From assembly GCA_965369655.1 (NCBI GenBank), contig CBDUQR010000008.1:12343-76342 (forward strand): a DNA stretch of 64,000 nucleotides, given 5' to 3'. The translations under genes and the position numbers were made by a program. Numbering within the stretch: the first letter of the stretch is position 1; every line of letters starts with the position of its first letter. Positions 19,005 to 29,994 of the stretch are shown in pieces. The DNA comes from an uncultured bacterium. GTDB taxonomy: Bacteria; Zixibacteria; MSB-5A5; JAABVY01; JAHJOQ01. The notes under the pieces are model-generated. The model saw only the letters and a list, made by a program, of their open reading frames with translations, was not told where the DNA came from and ran no database searches.

Positions 19005-20647
19005 CAGAACCGGCTCTCCAGTCTCGCGTACAGCTTTCCATCCGAAAACCTGTCATTCCTGCCCCACGCAACGTCGAGAAGCAACCTTCCCGTCGGCAGG
19101 CGGAACTCGAATCCTGCGCCCGCACCTTCCCTGAATTCAGACCCGGAGTCCTGCTGCCTGAACCATGCCGCATCAGAGAACAGATGAAACGACGCTTCAT
19201 CCGACATGTGAAGTTCGGGCTGCAGAATAGCCAGCGCATACCTGTCGCAGAAAAACTGATCCTCCCTGTATCCGCGCAACCTTTCTGCGCCTCCCAACCG
19301 ATAGAGGTCCGACTGCGGAATCATCCGTTCCTCGGTGACTATACCAGCAGCACTCGCTTTTGCGGAAATATGCAGGAGCTTCCCAAACGAAACGAGCATG
19401 TGATAGCCGCCTGTCAACCGCGTATCGCTGATCCTGGTGTCGGGCGGCTCGACCCCCGCGAACCGATATTGTTGCTTTATGCCGTAGGCGATGTCAAGCT
19501 CGACTGTCTGCCTGACTATCGAACCCGCAATCGTCAGGTCTGTACCAATCCCCCACCAGTACCTGCGTGAGTGGAACACACCCCTGAATTCAGAACCGAG
19601 CGGAGTGTAGCTGCTCCATCCTCCCGACATTCTCAGAGAGACCCGAGCGCCCTCGCGGTAGAAAAACCTCGACTCAATCGACAACTGTTGGAAGAGGCTG
19701 TCGTATTTCGACTGCTCTATCGCGAATTCCACCGAGACCGGTCTGTAAAACAAATACGGTTGATAATATCCGAAAGCGACCTCATGCGACAGCGGATCCT
19801 TCTTGTTGTACCGAATCGAGAACCGCCGGCCTCTCCCGAAAAGATTCTCGAACTGCAGCAGGGCATACCCTTTCACATAGGCGGACCGGTTGCCGACACT
19901 CGGCTGATATCCGAGACTTCCATCGAGAGAATTGGTCGGCAGTCGATCTACTCTGAAAATCGGGACGCACCGAGTGTAGTCATCCCTGAAATCGAGGTGC
20001 ACGCTGTCATGGACTCGTATGAAACGATGCGCCCTCATGATCCGGCGCGTTTCATCGAGCGCGGCATCGTTGAACGGTTCTCCGGGACTGACAGCCGACA
20101 CCCGCGACAGGTAATCCGCGGTCCTGGCGTCAGTACCCTCGACCTTGCACGAGTCGAACAGCGTGCGAGGTCCCGATGCGATCCTTGCAACGAAATAGAC
20201 TGTACCGATACTATCCAGCGTCGTTTCCTCAATCGAAACCTGCGCAAACGGATTCCCGGATTCTGTATAGAACCGAAGAAGCTCGCGAGTGAATCGCTCG
20301 ATGACAGCACCCGAAGCAGGCTTACCGGAGTACTCGGCCAGCAGTTCGTCAGTATCCGCCTGACTGTCCCCGATGACTGAGATCGATCCGATACGGTACC
20401 GTATTCCGGGAATCACCGCCAGCGTATCCGGTTCGATCAATTGAACACCAGCTTCCGGGTATGACTCGGACAGGAACAGATCGCGAACAGATTTCACACT
20501 CGCAGAATCGGAATCAGCAGCAAAAAACGCGCGGCAAATTTCGCCATTAGAAATATCGCAGTCCCCGGTAACCACCAGTTCGAGATCACCACAGAATCCG
20601 GCAGCATGCATGGTCAGTAGAATCATGATTGCCAGAGTGATCTTCAT
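19004..20647 (-). CDS. Omp85/BamA-TamA family outer-membrane protein
   Basis: POTRA-like segments (YTESGNPFAQV), NLFGRG, LGGAERLRGYRE, terminal F. ATG 20647 overlaps the upstream stop. Confidence 0.85.
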   Translation of the reverse strand: MKITLAIMILLTMHAAGFCGDLELVVTGDCDISNGEICRAFFAADSDSASVKSVRDLFLSESYPEAGVQLIEPDTLAVIPGIRYRIGSISVIGDSQADTDELLAEYSGKPASGAVIERFTRELLRFYTESGNPFAQVSIEETTLDSIGTVYFVARIASGPRTLFDSCKVEGTDARTADYLSRVSAVSPGEPFNDAALDETRRIMRAHRFIRVHDSVHLDFRDDYTRCVPIFRVDRLPTNSLDGSLGYQPSVGNRSAYVKGYALLQFENLFGRGRRFSIRYNKKDPLSHEVAFGYYQPYLFYRPVSVEFAIEQSKYDSLFQQLSIESRFFYREGARVSLRMSGGWSSYTPLGSEFRGVFHSRRYWWGIGTDLTIAGSIVRQTVELDIAYGIKQQYRFAGVEPPDTRISDTRLTGGYHMLVSFGKLLHISAKASAAGIVTEERMIPQSDLYRLGGAERLRGYREDQFFCDRYALAILQPELHMSDEASFHLFSDAAWFRQQDSGSEFREGAGAGFEFRLPTGRLLLDVAWGRNDRFSDGKLYARLESRF

Positions 20648-23600
20648 CAGAACCTCGCTCTGACTGTGACGGATGAAACGTGCCTCGTATCGACCGATGG
20701 AATCTTCTCTCCATCGTACGACAGCCTCGCGCTCATGCTCTTGCTGAACCTGAGTTCCGCGCTCAGTCCCCACTGGTAGTTCTCGCCAACGCGTTTTCCA
20801 TCGGCATACTGAAACGGGACGAAAGCGTTACCGACCGAGACAGACACATTTTGATAGGCGAATCGCGCGCCCACACGTCCTCTGGAGGGAAACCGTCTCC
20901 AGATTTCGGCGCCAGCTTCGAGCAGAGTCACCTCAAGGTTACCGTCACGACTGATATCCAGAAGATAGCGAGGTTTGAGAACAAGCTCAGTCGTGACAGT
21001 CAGATTGTGTCGCAGCACACATTTCGCCTGATGTTCATCGAATCGTGCATCACCCAGAGACTGGTTGCTCTGCGACATGCCTCGATATCGATATTCGAGC
21101 GTGAGGAGATCGCGGGGAGTCAGCTTCGCCTCGGCGCGATTCAAGATCGACAGCTTGTAGTCGCTGGAGGCTGGTCTTTGCTGCGGCCTCTCCAGTTGAA
21201 TCTCATCAATCGTGAACAGGAATGAAAGCTGATCACTTGCCTTAGCGCGGGCCGACAGCCGCAGGCTCCTGTCGAGCCAACTGCGAGTACCAGAAAACAA
21301 ACTCACATGAGGAACAAGCCAGACGATGCTAAACTGTTCGGATTCACCACCCTGTTCATTGCTTCTTGCGCGTGCCTCTAATGTCAGCCGCTTCAGAAAT
21401 GCCAGAGATGCCGGACACGATTTCCACTTGTTGAAGCGAGCGAACAGCGTAGCCCCTCGCTGCATCCTGACGCCGACATTCTCAGCCCCCGAGAACTCGA
21501 CCACTCGAATGTAATCCCCAAAGGGATCGGGCACATAGATGTCATCCTCTAACCTGTACTCACCCTGCCCCTCGCCGACGCGGAGAAATGTCTCGGCTGT
21601 CCGGTCAACGCCCTCCCTGCTCAACCTGTAGTTGACAGACATCTCCACCAAGCTGCTGGAACTGCCTGCGCTGTAATCGAGCGATGTCGTCAACTGAGAC
21701 TGCTCGAACTTAGTCGGGATAAAATAATGCACTCTTCGATGCCGCACACTCAACCTCACGTCGGAGGATTTGAATCCACCGCCACCCTGATACCGCGCCT
21801 CGATTTCACGAGCATCGAACTCGCGCTCGAACACGCCGGTCAGTGCTTCGCGATTCTCGTATGACAACCGTGTCTCGAATCCTCGGAATCCGCAGGCACC
21901 CGAATAGCGGTCGAATCGCCTCCCCCGTGTGAACGAATCGTACGCCCGCAGGTCAGTTTCGTCGTTCCATTCGAATGACGTCTTGATGCCGGATTTCATC
22001 CAATTGAGCGAAATCATATCTTCATATAGGCGAGAATTGCCGTAAGGCCAGGACCTCTCGGAATTGCGATCGGTGCGCGTGACACGACCGCTAAGTTCAG
22101 GTGTCGGACTTAATGTAAGATCGTATGAATACCTGAAAGCACTTGGGGAATGCATCAAGTTGTAGAAGCCACAGTCAGCCTGAAGCTCGGTTATCTTACT
22201 TATACGAAATGTCTCAGTTAGTGATAGCTGCAACACTTCTCCTGATACCGAGTCAGTGAGAATTCCCCAGTAGCGATTACGCTCAACACGATCAGATCGT
22301 CCCGGGAAAAAGAATTTCTCATCCTGAAGCCTGGCGTTGAATCCGATATTGAGATACACCTGTTTCGCGTTCCGCCCAAACGGAGTCAGGTTGAATCCGC
22401 CGGAAATATCCATGCCATCATTGTCGTCGTCATCGAGTTCGGACAGAAGATTGCGATCATGCTTTGTAGCAGTGCCATCGAACCTGAGACGAATGTGATC
22501 ATCGCTGACGGACGTTGACAGCGACAGTGCGGACGCGCTCTCCGGTAGCGGGATTCTCACTACCGGCAAGTATTCCCCGCCGCCCTGCGCGACATATTCG
22601 TAGACGCCTCCACCGAGATAACGGTAGTCGCCGTTTCCCGGACCCATGTATGAGAACGAGACGCGGTAATCGCCGTTTCCCGTGCCTGCGAATGTATAGA
22701 TCGTGTCTGAGCCTGTGACCTCAAGAGAATAGTCTCCCTGTCCGGAGTCAGCTTTCACCACACCCGACTTCAGAGCCTTCATTGCGTGATCTCCGGCAGC
22801 ACTTAGCACGTTGATGTCGTCAGGCGACAGATCGAACTGCGCCGGATCATCCTCCGAGTCAGCCTGTCTCAGGAAATCAATCCTTGCGAAAAGTTGTGAT
22901 GCGCTGTCACCGTATGCCGCTCCTCCCGCGAAGAAATCCTGCCTGTAGTCCTCGTCGAGGTATTCGAAATCAGCTTCAATCCTTGTTCTGCTCGTGACGG
23001 TTATGGCAGGCGAAAAGGTTATCTCGCCGAGAAGGTAATCGATCTCATAGTCGGCATCCGCGCCCCTGGCGAGCGGACGACCATCCAGCCAGACTCGATC
23101 AGTCGATGGTAAGATCGAGACCGACGACTGCCCGACATCCGGCAGCAACCTGTATGGTCCAGACACCCCGTCACGACCGAAAATCTTTTTCGTGGCATGT
23201 TTTGACTTGATACCTCCGAGCGTCGCATCGGCTCCGACCTTGCCGGCACTTACCTGTGCGCTCGCCCCCTTGAGGGCTTTCTTCAACCGCCCGTGCGCGC
23301 CCATGCGTCTGTCAAAATCGACGTCACCGACGCTGGCGCTGAACCTGTCCGACGATAATTTCAGGGCGACCTTGTCAATCTCGCCAATCGACGTCGATAT
23401 GCCGCCCACCTCAGGAGCAGCCTGATCTGACAGGACTCCGCTGACCCGCAGATTCTCAGTCAGGTAACCCTCGATCTGCACATTGAGCGTCTGTTTCAAT
23501 TCGAGATCTGTTCCGCTTCCGGCTGTGATACCGAAAGACTTGCTCCCGAATATCCGCAGCGACGATGAACCGGAATTCGTCACCGGCAGTCGCTGGGTCG

Positions 23601-23970
23601 ACTCGTAACTCGGCGCATTTCCGATCATACTCCGTGACTTTATAGCTCCCAGCTTTCTCCTGAAATAGTACGACGGTATGTCCACCCAGAAACGGCTGTA
23701 CTCGACTGTGATAACCACTGGGGCTACCAACTCGCGGTTGATCTTAAGAGCGCCGGAACCAGCGTCGAGAACGTAATCATCGCCACCGGCAATCTCTCCG
23801 TCGATCTCTACGCGCAATGTGTTGCTGATGATATTGTGGTTGCTCAGCCTTATGACGCCGGGAGACTCATCGAAACGAAATTCTTCCCGTATGATCGGGA
23901 GTTCACCATATAGAAAATCTGCGGAGAAAAGCAGGATTAAAACGATAAGAAAGCCTGAACGACGCATCAC
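20647..23970 (-). CDS. large hypothetical outer-membrane beta-barrel protein
   Basis: 1107 aa, signal peptide, alternating beta-strand pattern, DYEIDY.LGEITF motif, ends ..VRARF. Confidence 0.75.
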   Translation of the reverse strand: MMRRSGFLIVLILLFSADFLYGELPIIREEFRFDESPGVIRLSNHNIISNTLRVEIDGEIAGGDDYVLDAGSGALKINRELVAPVVITVEYSRFWVDIPSYYFRRKLGAIKSRSMIGNAPSYESTQRLPVTNSGSSSLRIFGSKSFGITAGSGTDLELKQTLNVQIEGYLTENLRVSGVLSDQAAPEVGGISTSIGEIDKVALKLSSDRFSASVGDVDFDRRMGAHGRLKKALKGASAQVSAGKVGADATLGGIKSKHATKKIFGRDGVSGPYRLLPDVGQSSVSILPSTDRVWLDGRPLARGADADYEIDYLLGEITFSPAITVTSRTRIEADFEYLDEDYRQDFFAGGAAYGDSASQLFARIDFLRQADSEDDPAQFDLSPDDINVLSAAGDHAMKALKSGVVKADSGQGDYSLEVTGSDTIYTFAGTGNGDYRVSFSYMGPGNGDYRYLGGGVYEYVAQGGGEYLPVVRIPLPESASALSLSTSVSDDHIRLRFDGTATKHDRNLLSELDDDDNDGMDISGGFNLTPFGRNAKQVYLNIGFNARLQDEKFFFPGRSDRVERNRYWGILTDSVSGEVLQLSLTETFRISKITELQADCGFYNLMHSPSAFRYSYDLTLSPTPELSGRVTRTDRNSERSWPYGNSRLYEDMISLNWMKSGIKTSFEWNDETDLRAYDSFTRGRRFDRYSGACGFRGFETRLSYENREALTGVFEREFDAREIEARYQGGGGFKSSDVRLSVRHRRVHYFIPTKFEQSQLTTSLDYSAGSSSSLVEMSVNYRLSREGVDRTAETFLRVGEGQGEYRLEDDIYVPDPFGDYIRVVEFSGAENVGVRMQRGATLFARFNKWKSCPASLAFLKRLTLEARARSNEQGGESEQFSIVWLVPHVSLFSGTRSWLDRSLRLSARAKASDQLSFLFTIDEIQLERPQQRPASSDYKLSILNRAEAKLTPRDLLTLEYRYRGMSQSNQSLGDARFDEHQAKCVLRHNLTVTTELVLKPRYLLDISRDGNLEVTLLEAGAEIWRRFPSRGRVGARFAYQNVSVSVGNAFVPFQYADGKRVGENYQWGLSAELRFSKSMSARLSYDGEKIPSVDTRHVSSVTVRARF

Positions 23971-24938
23971 TCAGGGATTGCCGGGCGAAACACCGCCACC
24001 TTGTCGGCCCCCTGATCCGACACATATATCCAGCCATTGTCACCGACGCAGACAGAATGAGCGCGCATAAACTGATACAGCCCCCGTCCGGTCGATCCAA
24101 ACGAGTATATCGCCTTGCCGTCTGAGGAGAAAACCGATATGCTGTTTCTCTTTTGGTCGACTGCGTAAATTCTGTCGGAGCGGTCAATCCAGATTCCGAT
24201 CAGGTCTGACAATTCGCCATCGAGAAGCGACCTGACATAACCATCATAGCTGTCGAACACAATTAAGTTTCCCTCCTCCCGATTGACCACGTACAGATTG
24301 TCCCTGCTGTCGAATGCCATCGTTCCCGGATCGAGGAATCCTCCAAGCTCGGTCAACTCTGACAGCAGGTTGAACCCGGAGTCGAATCTGATCACTCGAC
24401 TGTTCTCAGGATCCGAGACATAGATGTCACCGAAAGAGTTGACCGCAATGCTGCCGCCTCTTCCTATCGGGTATTCGAGCGACAAATCTCCCAGGTCTGT
24501 GCTTGAAAGCCAATTCAGGTCGTAGTCAAGGCGGACGATCCTGTCGTTTGAGCTGTCGAAAAGATAGAAATTAACTCTGTCCGAAGTTCCGAGCGATGTT
24601 GGCGAATTGAACTTGTCTCTCGTGAAACCGAATCCGCCTGTCTCCGTGAGGAATGTCCCGTCAGGTTTGACCTTGACGAGCCTGTTGTTACCCGTATCAC
24701 ATATTATCAGGTTCCCCGAAGGATCGAGCGATAGGGCACCGGGGCGAGACAATGCGCGAGTACCGAGCTTGCCTTGGATGTCGTTGACATGCACATATCC
24801 TGTGATCACACTGGATTGAGATTCGCGCATATCCCCCAATCGCTTTGCTCCACACGACAGCGCGCAGGATACAATACAGATCGAAATCACTATCGTAAAC
24901 GATCGCTGCAACATCTTTGATGCAAGTCTACGGATCAT
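23967..24938 (-). CDS. NHL-repeat (6-bladed propeller) lipoprotein
   Basis: Lipobox ALSC; repeated IYVSDxxNxRV motifs. Confidence 0.85.
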   Translation of the reverse strand: MIRRLASKMLQRSFTIVISICIVSCALSCGAKRLGDMRESQSSVITGYVHVNDIQGKLGTRALSRPGALSLDPSGNLIICDTGNNRLVKVKPDGTFLTETGGFGFTRDKFNSPTSLGTSDRVNFYLFDSSNDRIVRLDYDLNWLSSTDLGDLSLEYPIGRGGSIAVNSFGDIYVSDPENSRVIRFDSGFNLLSELTELGGFLDPGTMAFDSRDNLYVVNREEGNLIVFDSYDGYVRSLLDGELSDLIGIWIDRSDRIYAVDQKRNSISVFSSDGKAIYSFGSTGRGLYQFMRAHSVCVGDNGWIYVSDQGADKVAVFRPAIPE

Positions 24939-24997
24939 AGAACTAATATGAGAGCGATCCCGATCGTGTGCAATAAGAATATCAGAGAAGACCGGCC

Positions 24998-25789
24998 TCA
25001 GAAACTGCGGTTGAATGAAAGTCGAATCTCCGGAGAATCACCGAGGCTATACGGCCCGACCTCGAACTTGAAATTGGAGAACTCGTCGAGGAGTTGGCGA
25101 TTGTGTCCTTTCGCGCTCCGCCATGCGAAGAAAGCGGATACCGCCCTGTTTATGGCTGCCGCCGCGAGCGCGAACCTGGCGACGCGATAGTATGACTTCG
25201 AATCATTCTTCAACTCGCGGTACGCTTGTTTATCCGTATCGCTTTGCCATTGCCAGTCCCACGCAGCCGTTTCCGGATAAAATGGATTGCTTGGTGTATA
25301 GACTCGCGAGAACCTGTTGTATTCATCTCTACTGTCGTGAAATCCGACCATATCCCAGAATGCGTCATCTTTCCCGGTCGGGTCGACACTTGCGTTTACC
25401 ACGGCGTATTCGATGTAGTCGTCCTTTTTCCACTTTCCGAGATGTCTGTGGAGAATGAACGTTGACCAGATACCGACCTCAGCAGTCAGAAAACTCGCAG
25501 CCCTTGTCCGTGAATCGCCAACATATATCTCACCGAGACCGGGGAGCAGCAGCGAGTAGAGCATTGCTCTGGATCTTGACTTGTAGCCCTCAGGTCTCTG
25601 CGCGACCGGGGAAAGACCGGGCGAGACTCCCCATTCGTCTCCGCCTGCCTGAGCAAGATTGAACGGCGTCTGCGCCGAGAAGAAATATGTATTCGAGACA
25701 GCATCAACAGTGTCGGCATAGCTTGCAGGCAAATCAACCAGGAGCAGGGCCATGAACGTTAGAAAGGTTGCGAAAACTGATCTTGACAT
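24998..25789 (-). CDS. hypothetical envelope protein (DUF5683-like), paralogue of the next gene
   Basis: Signal peptide, YSLLLPGLGEIYVG motif, terminal F. Confidence 0.7.
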   Translation of the reverse strand: MSRSVFATFLTFMALLLVDLPASYADTVDAVSNTYFFSAQTPFNLAQAGGDEWGVSPGLSPVAQRPEGYKSRSRAMLYSLLLPGLGEIYVGDSRTRAASFLTAEVGIWSTFILHRHLGKWKKDDYIEYAVVNASVDPTGKDDAFWDMVGFHDSRDEYNRFSRVYTPSNPFYPETAAWDWQWQSDTDKQAYRELKNDSKSYYRVARFALAAAAINRAVSAFFAWRSAKGHNRQLLDEFSNFKFEVGPYSLGDSPEIRLSFNRSF

Positions 25790-25806
25790 GCCATTCCTCT
25801 CGCGCT

Positions 25807-26640
25807 CTAATAGAACTTGTAAGTGAACGTCACCTGCGGAATCCGCTCGCCGTCTCGTTCTGCAAGCCTTGCCTTGACATTGACCTGAGAAAACGTGCTC
25901 TTCCTGCTATTAAATCTCTTGGCCGACAGGGCAGCGTCGAGTGCGGACAGCACATGATTCGCGACGGAGAGCATCGCCCATGTTCTGGCTGTTTCGAACT
26001 TGTTGTTGGAATCGCCGCGCATGCCCAGATACTGCTGTCTTCGGGATGAACTCTCACTGGATCTGTCGACGTCGTCCCAGCCGAACACAAACTGATCCCA
26101 CTTGCCAATCATCTCGTAGTACTGCTGTGTCTTTTCGCTCGGCAGATTGTGCGTGAAACCTGTATCGAGAGGAGTATTTTCCGTCTCGACCAGCCAGATC
26201 GTATACCTGTCTTTGGACCAGTACTGATCAGCAAACTCCTCGAATTCTGTTTCCTTATCCTGCCCGGTCGAATGATTCAAATAGTATTGAGACCAGCTCA
26301 GAATATCTATCGTGAAGAATAGGCCCGCCTTCCACTTTGAGCCGACATAGTACTCGCCGAGTCCCGGTACGAGGAACGAATAGATGAACGCCTTGCTCAC
26401 GGAACGGTGTTCATATTCGTATATGTCGCTGTCAAAGAACGGAAAATCATTATAGTCGCTCGCGTCAGCCAGAGTCATCGGATCGACATCATTCAGCGTA
26501 CTCAGCTTCTGCAGATACGCCCCCTGATCGGCCTGCAGCAACTCTCCGATACCGTAGTCGCGTCCATCGGACTGAGATGAGCCGAAAACCGCTGCTGTCA
26601 AAAGCGTCAGAGTAATCAATATTGTCGGGATGATACGCAT
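25807..26640 (-). CDS. hypothetical envelope protein (DUF5683-like)
   Basis: YSFLVPGLGEYYVG, YYEMIGKWDQF, SALDAALSA motifs. Confidence 0.7.
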   Translation of the reverse strand: MRIIPTILITLTLLTAAVFGSSQSDGRDYGIGELLQADQGAYLQKLSTLNDVDPMTLADASDYNDFPFFDSDIYEYEHRSVSKAFIYSFLVPGLGEYYVGSKWKAGLFFTIDILSWSQYYLNHSTGQDKETEFEEFADQYWSKDRYTIWLVETENTPLDTGFTHNLPSEKTQQYYEMIGKWDQFVFGWDDVDRSSESSSRRQQYLGMRGDSNNKFETARTWAMLSVANHVLSALDAALSAKRFNSRKSTFSQVNVKARLAERDGERIPQVTFTYKFY

Positions 26641-26662
26641 CTATTGCTCCTCCTGTCGACGG

Positions 26663-29600
26663 TCATCTCACGACCGCGATCTTGTGTGATTTCACATCTT
26701 TCCGTCCGTTCGAATTCGCCTCAAGACGACAAATATATACGCCGGACGGATAGCCATCGAGCTTCCACTCATGGTCTTCCTGTATGTTCTCGCTTGTCTC
26801 GGTGGCTTCATATACGAGCCGACCGGACAGATCGAATATCTGAATGTTGATTGTCCCGGGACTCCGCAATTTGTACCTGATATTAGTCGCCTCGTCAGCA
26901 GGGTTGGGCCAGTTGTAGAGCGTGACGATAAGGTCGTCACCGGATGGCGACGTTGGTGCCAAATCGGATGATCCTCGGAAATTGTGATTCGTCGCTGACC
27001 TGCCTGATATTCGCCAGGACTGTTCGTCATCGAGTGGTCGGCTCTTCGTGCGAAGACCGTACAGCCTGTTGTCGGCGCAAATCGTCAGCAGCATTCCCTC
27101 AAAATTGTTAGATATGCTTCCCGGCATGACCGCCGACCCTGTATTGCGCCCGGAACCCGCAAATCGCGGGAAGCCGTTGACCATAACGCCGTTCGCTCCA
27201 AAGGCAAACAGTTCGCCATAAGGAGTGCCGATGAGAATATCGGGCACATCGTCGCCATCGAGATCAGCAACGATAGGTGCAGCATCGAGCAACCCTGTTG
27301 AGACATGAATATCGATATCAACCGGGAAATTCTCGAACGGCGATCCGTTGTGATTGTAAACATAAAGCTTGTTGTCACCCGCGAATATGATCTGATACAC
27401 CGCTGCCGTCGGATCGAGCGCCGCAGTCACGACATTACCGATCAGGCTGTCGCAGACTTTGATCTCGTTGACCGAGTAATCGTCTGAATCTGAAGACTGG
27501 CTCAGCAGGATGACAAGATATCCGTCGGACGTGAGAACAGCGAAGTCCGTCCCGTTCATACCGTCGAGATCGGCGGCGGTGAAGCTGATTAGGTCCGCAG
27601 AACCGAAATCATGAATTGCCGAATCGGGATAGAGAACGAGAGCCGAACCGCCGTCCGGTCCAACGCCGATATAGTAAGACCGCTGTGATGCGCTATCGAT
27701 GGCGAACTGCAAGGCATAAGCTTCTGTCACAACCGGCGGCATACCATACGAGAAATCGACGAGGTGTATGGTACTGTCGGCGAATCCTGCAAGCACCCCG
27801 TACGATCCGAGCGGCGCCTGACTGACATCCACAGGACCAGACACGACCGCAGCAGTACCTTCGTACTTCTCCACCAGATCCGCTCGACCGTCTTTGTCGT
27901 CATCAGTCAACTGCCAGACATAGATATTTCCTGAACTGGTCCCAACAGCTATTTCAGAGATTTCATCGCCATTGTAGTCGAACACCAACGGTGGTGTTGT
28001 AATTACCTCATTGTCGCCGACCGAAGCAATCGATCTGAGTGTATCGATGATAAAACCGCCGCCCTGAAGCGTGTCGCCGTAGAATACGAATATCGTATCA
28101 AGTATTTCTTCACCTGGTAATGGCTCGATAATTGGTGATCCATCTGGTTCCATCGCAATCAGATGTTTCCTCCCTGACACAAAGATTTCCTCCACCCCAT
28201 CGAAATCATAATCAACGAGAACCGGCGCAAAGCGAGAGCCATCGACGAACTTCGGGAAACCATCCAGTTTGGATCGAAGTCTGACATCGAACGTCATGAT
28301 GATGTCGTTCCTCGATACATTGTATATCTCTATTCCGGTATGAGCGCCGGTATTTGACCGGGTCGATGGATTCGTAGTCGGTCCGAAAGTCGTATTGTTT
28401 CCCTCTACGAAAAATTCATCCGGACTGCCGAAACCGGTTCGGTAGTTCCCACCAAAATCGACAATGCCGTCGGCTTCGACAAGCGAAACGAATCTCGTAT
28501 TCTCCCACCAGACAGAATCAATGCAAAGCCCCAGATCATTCGGCACCTTGCATGGATAGAAATTGTACCATTGCAATTTATTGTCGGAAAAGTTATTAAA
28601 ACCGTTCAGATCGTAATCGAGGTACGCCCTTGTTTCGTCAATGTGATAGATCAGTATGCCTGCACCGGGCACGAAGTAATCATAGTCGCGGGTCAGACGT
28701 ATCTCATAATCATTGTTAGGTCTGGGTCCCAAAATCACGCCGGTCAGGCTGTCGACTCGCAATCCTGAGCCGCCATCCCGATCCGAGTCAGGCTGCCGAT
28801 TCTCGATCAGATAATACTCCATGTCGCTTATCGGGACCTTGATGACCTGAGGCTCATCGGTCAGGAGTTCAGCCGCCGCGACCGACTGATTATTGACGTC
28901 GGAAACCTCCACAACCTCGACGAAACCGAGATATGCCCTCGACCATGCGTCAGGATACACAGGCAGCGGGTCGAGCACGAAACGGGTTCTGTCGGCCTCC
29001 GGGAAATAAATCTCCGCCGTTGTGCCGCGCCCCTGATTGTCCATCAGCGAAAAGTCTCCGATCTGAGTCATGAACGTCCGTGTGTCGTATAAATCGACAA
29101 GTCCGAGTTGATGGCCGAATTCATGTGCCAACACGCCGTTCAGAGCTATGACGCGATTGTCCTGAGATACGGCTTCAGGCGTCAGGACAGCTTCCCATAT
29201 CGTGTCAGCGCCGCCATCGACAATAGCCCGGTGCTCGGAATCGACACGGATGAATCCGGTGTAAAAATCGTGCGGCGTGTTAGTCGCCGAAAACGTCAGA
29301 TTCATCTGCTGATCGGCTCCGGCATGGAATAACACGAAAGCATCGAATTCGCTGAAATCAATATCATCATCCAGATCAGCCTTCAGCAGGGCGTCCTGGA
29401 AAAAATCTGCAAGCCCGTCAAATGGGCTCTGCGAACCATAGTAAGACATCGGCTTTTCGAGCGTATATACAGAATCATCTCCCAATGGAAAGACGGTGCT
29501 GACGAGTTCGACGCGGCCCTTCGACACGACATGCCAGTACTGGTTCAACGCTCTCAGGTGCGTTTCGAAGTACCGCTTATTGTGCGGAGCCATGTCGATT

Positions 29601-29968
29601 TCATGTTCCTCATCGGCGATAAACTGCGACTGGCTTCGCATGTCAAAATGCCCATCACCGGTGGTGTTGGCGTCATCAGGATCCTCGCGCTCGAATTGCA
29701 CTCGAATCGCGCAGACGTTGATCGTAATCGTCTCATCCAATGCGAGAGCTGCGTCAGGCATGGAAAACGGAGCCTTGCGATTCAGACCGATGAGGTTTTT
29801 CTGTGAGATCGAACTCTGGAAGTTCTGTCGCGCTTCACTCTGAATGCGTTCATCAGCATCGACCCGCTGCTTGCTTATGATGGTGAGAACATCTGACCCG
29901 GCAAGAGTCACGGCCTGCAACAGCGCGATCAGAAACAGCAGAGAAGCTGCGCCGAAAATCCTTTTCAT
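26663..29968 (-). CDS. M6/immune inhibitor A-like metalloprotease with FG-GAP repeats and a T9SS type-A CTD
   Basis: FHAG, HEFGHQLGLVDLYD, FSLMD, EYYLIENR; DxDGD repeats; NWPNP...SGVYI...KIAVVR. Alternative GTG start at 29995. Confidence 0.88.
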   Translation of the reverse strand: MKRIFGAASLLFLIALLQAVTLAGSDVLTIISKQRVDADERIQSEARQNFQSSISQKNLIGLNRKAPFSMPDAALALDETITINVCAIRVQFEREDPDDANTTGDGHFDMRSQSQFIADEEHEIDMAPHNKRYFETHLRALNQYWHVVSKGRVELVSTVFPLGDDSVYTLEKPMSYYGSQSPFDGLADFFQDALLKADLDDDIDFSEFDAFVLFHAGADQQMNLTFSATNTPHDFYTGFIRVDSEHRAIVDGGADTIWEAVLTPEAVSQDNRVIALNGVLAHEFGHQLGLVDLYDTRTFMTQIGDFSLMDNQGRGTTAEIYFPEADRTRFVLDPLPVYPDAWSRAYLGFVEVVEVSDVNNQSVAAAELLTDEPQVIKVPISDMEYYLIENRQPDSDRDGGSGLRVDSLTGVILGPRPNNDYEIRLTRDYDYFVPGAGILIYHIDETRAYLDYDLNGFNNFSDNKLQWYNFYPCKVPNDLGLCIDSVWWENTRFVSLVEADGIVDFGGNYRTGFGSPDEFFVEGNNTTFGPTTNPSTRSNTGAHTGIEIYNVSRNDIIMTFDVRLRSKLDGFPKFVDGSRFAPVLVDYDFDGVEEIFVSGRKHLIAMEPDGSPIIEPLPGEEILDTIFVFYGDTLQGGGFIIDTLRSIASVGDNEVITTPPLVFDYNGDEISEIAVGTSSGNIYVWQLTDDDKDGRADLVEKYEGTAAVVSGPVDVSQAPLGSYGVLAGFADSTIHLVDFSYGMPPVVTEAYALQFAIDSASQRSYYIGVGPDGGSALVLYPDSAIHDFGSADLISFTAADLDGMNGTDFAVLTSDGYLVILLSQSSDSDDYSVNEIKVCDSLIGNVVTAALDPTAAVYQIIFAGDNKLYVYNHNGSPFENFPVDIDIHVSTGLLDAAPIVADLDGDDVPDILIGTPYGELFAFGANGVMVNGFPRFAGSGRNTGSAVMPGSISNNFEGMLLTICADNRLYGLRTKSRPLDDEQSWRISGRSATNHNFRGSSDLAPTSPSGDDLIVTLYNWPNPADEATNIRYKLRSPGTINIQIFDLSGRLVYEATETSENIQEDHEWKLDGYPSGVYICRLEANSNGRKDVKSHKIAVVR

Positions 29969-29994
29969 CGTTGATCCCTTTGTCTCATCCGCCA

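Noticed and set aside
6009-20380. Long plus-strand ORFs (6009-7001, 12140-13060, 15367-16236, 19571-20380)
   Set aside because: Antisense to well-supported genes, with no motifs of their own.
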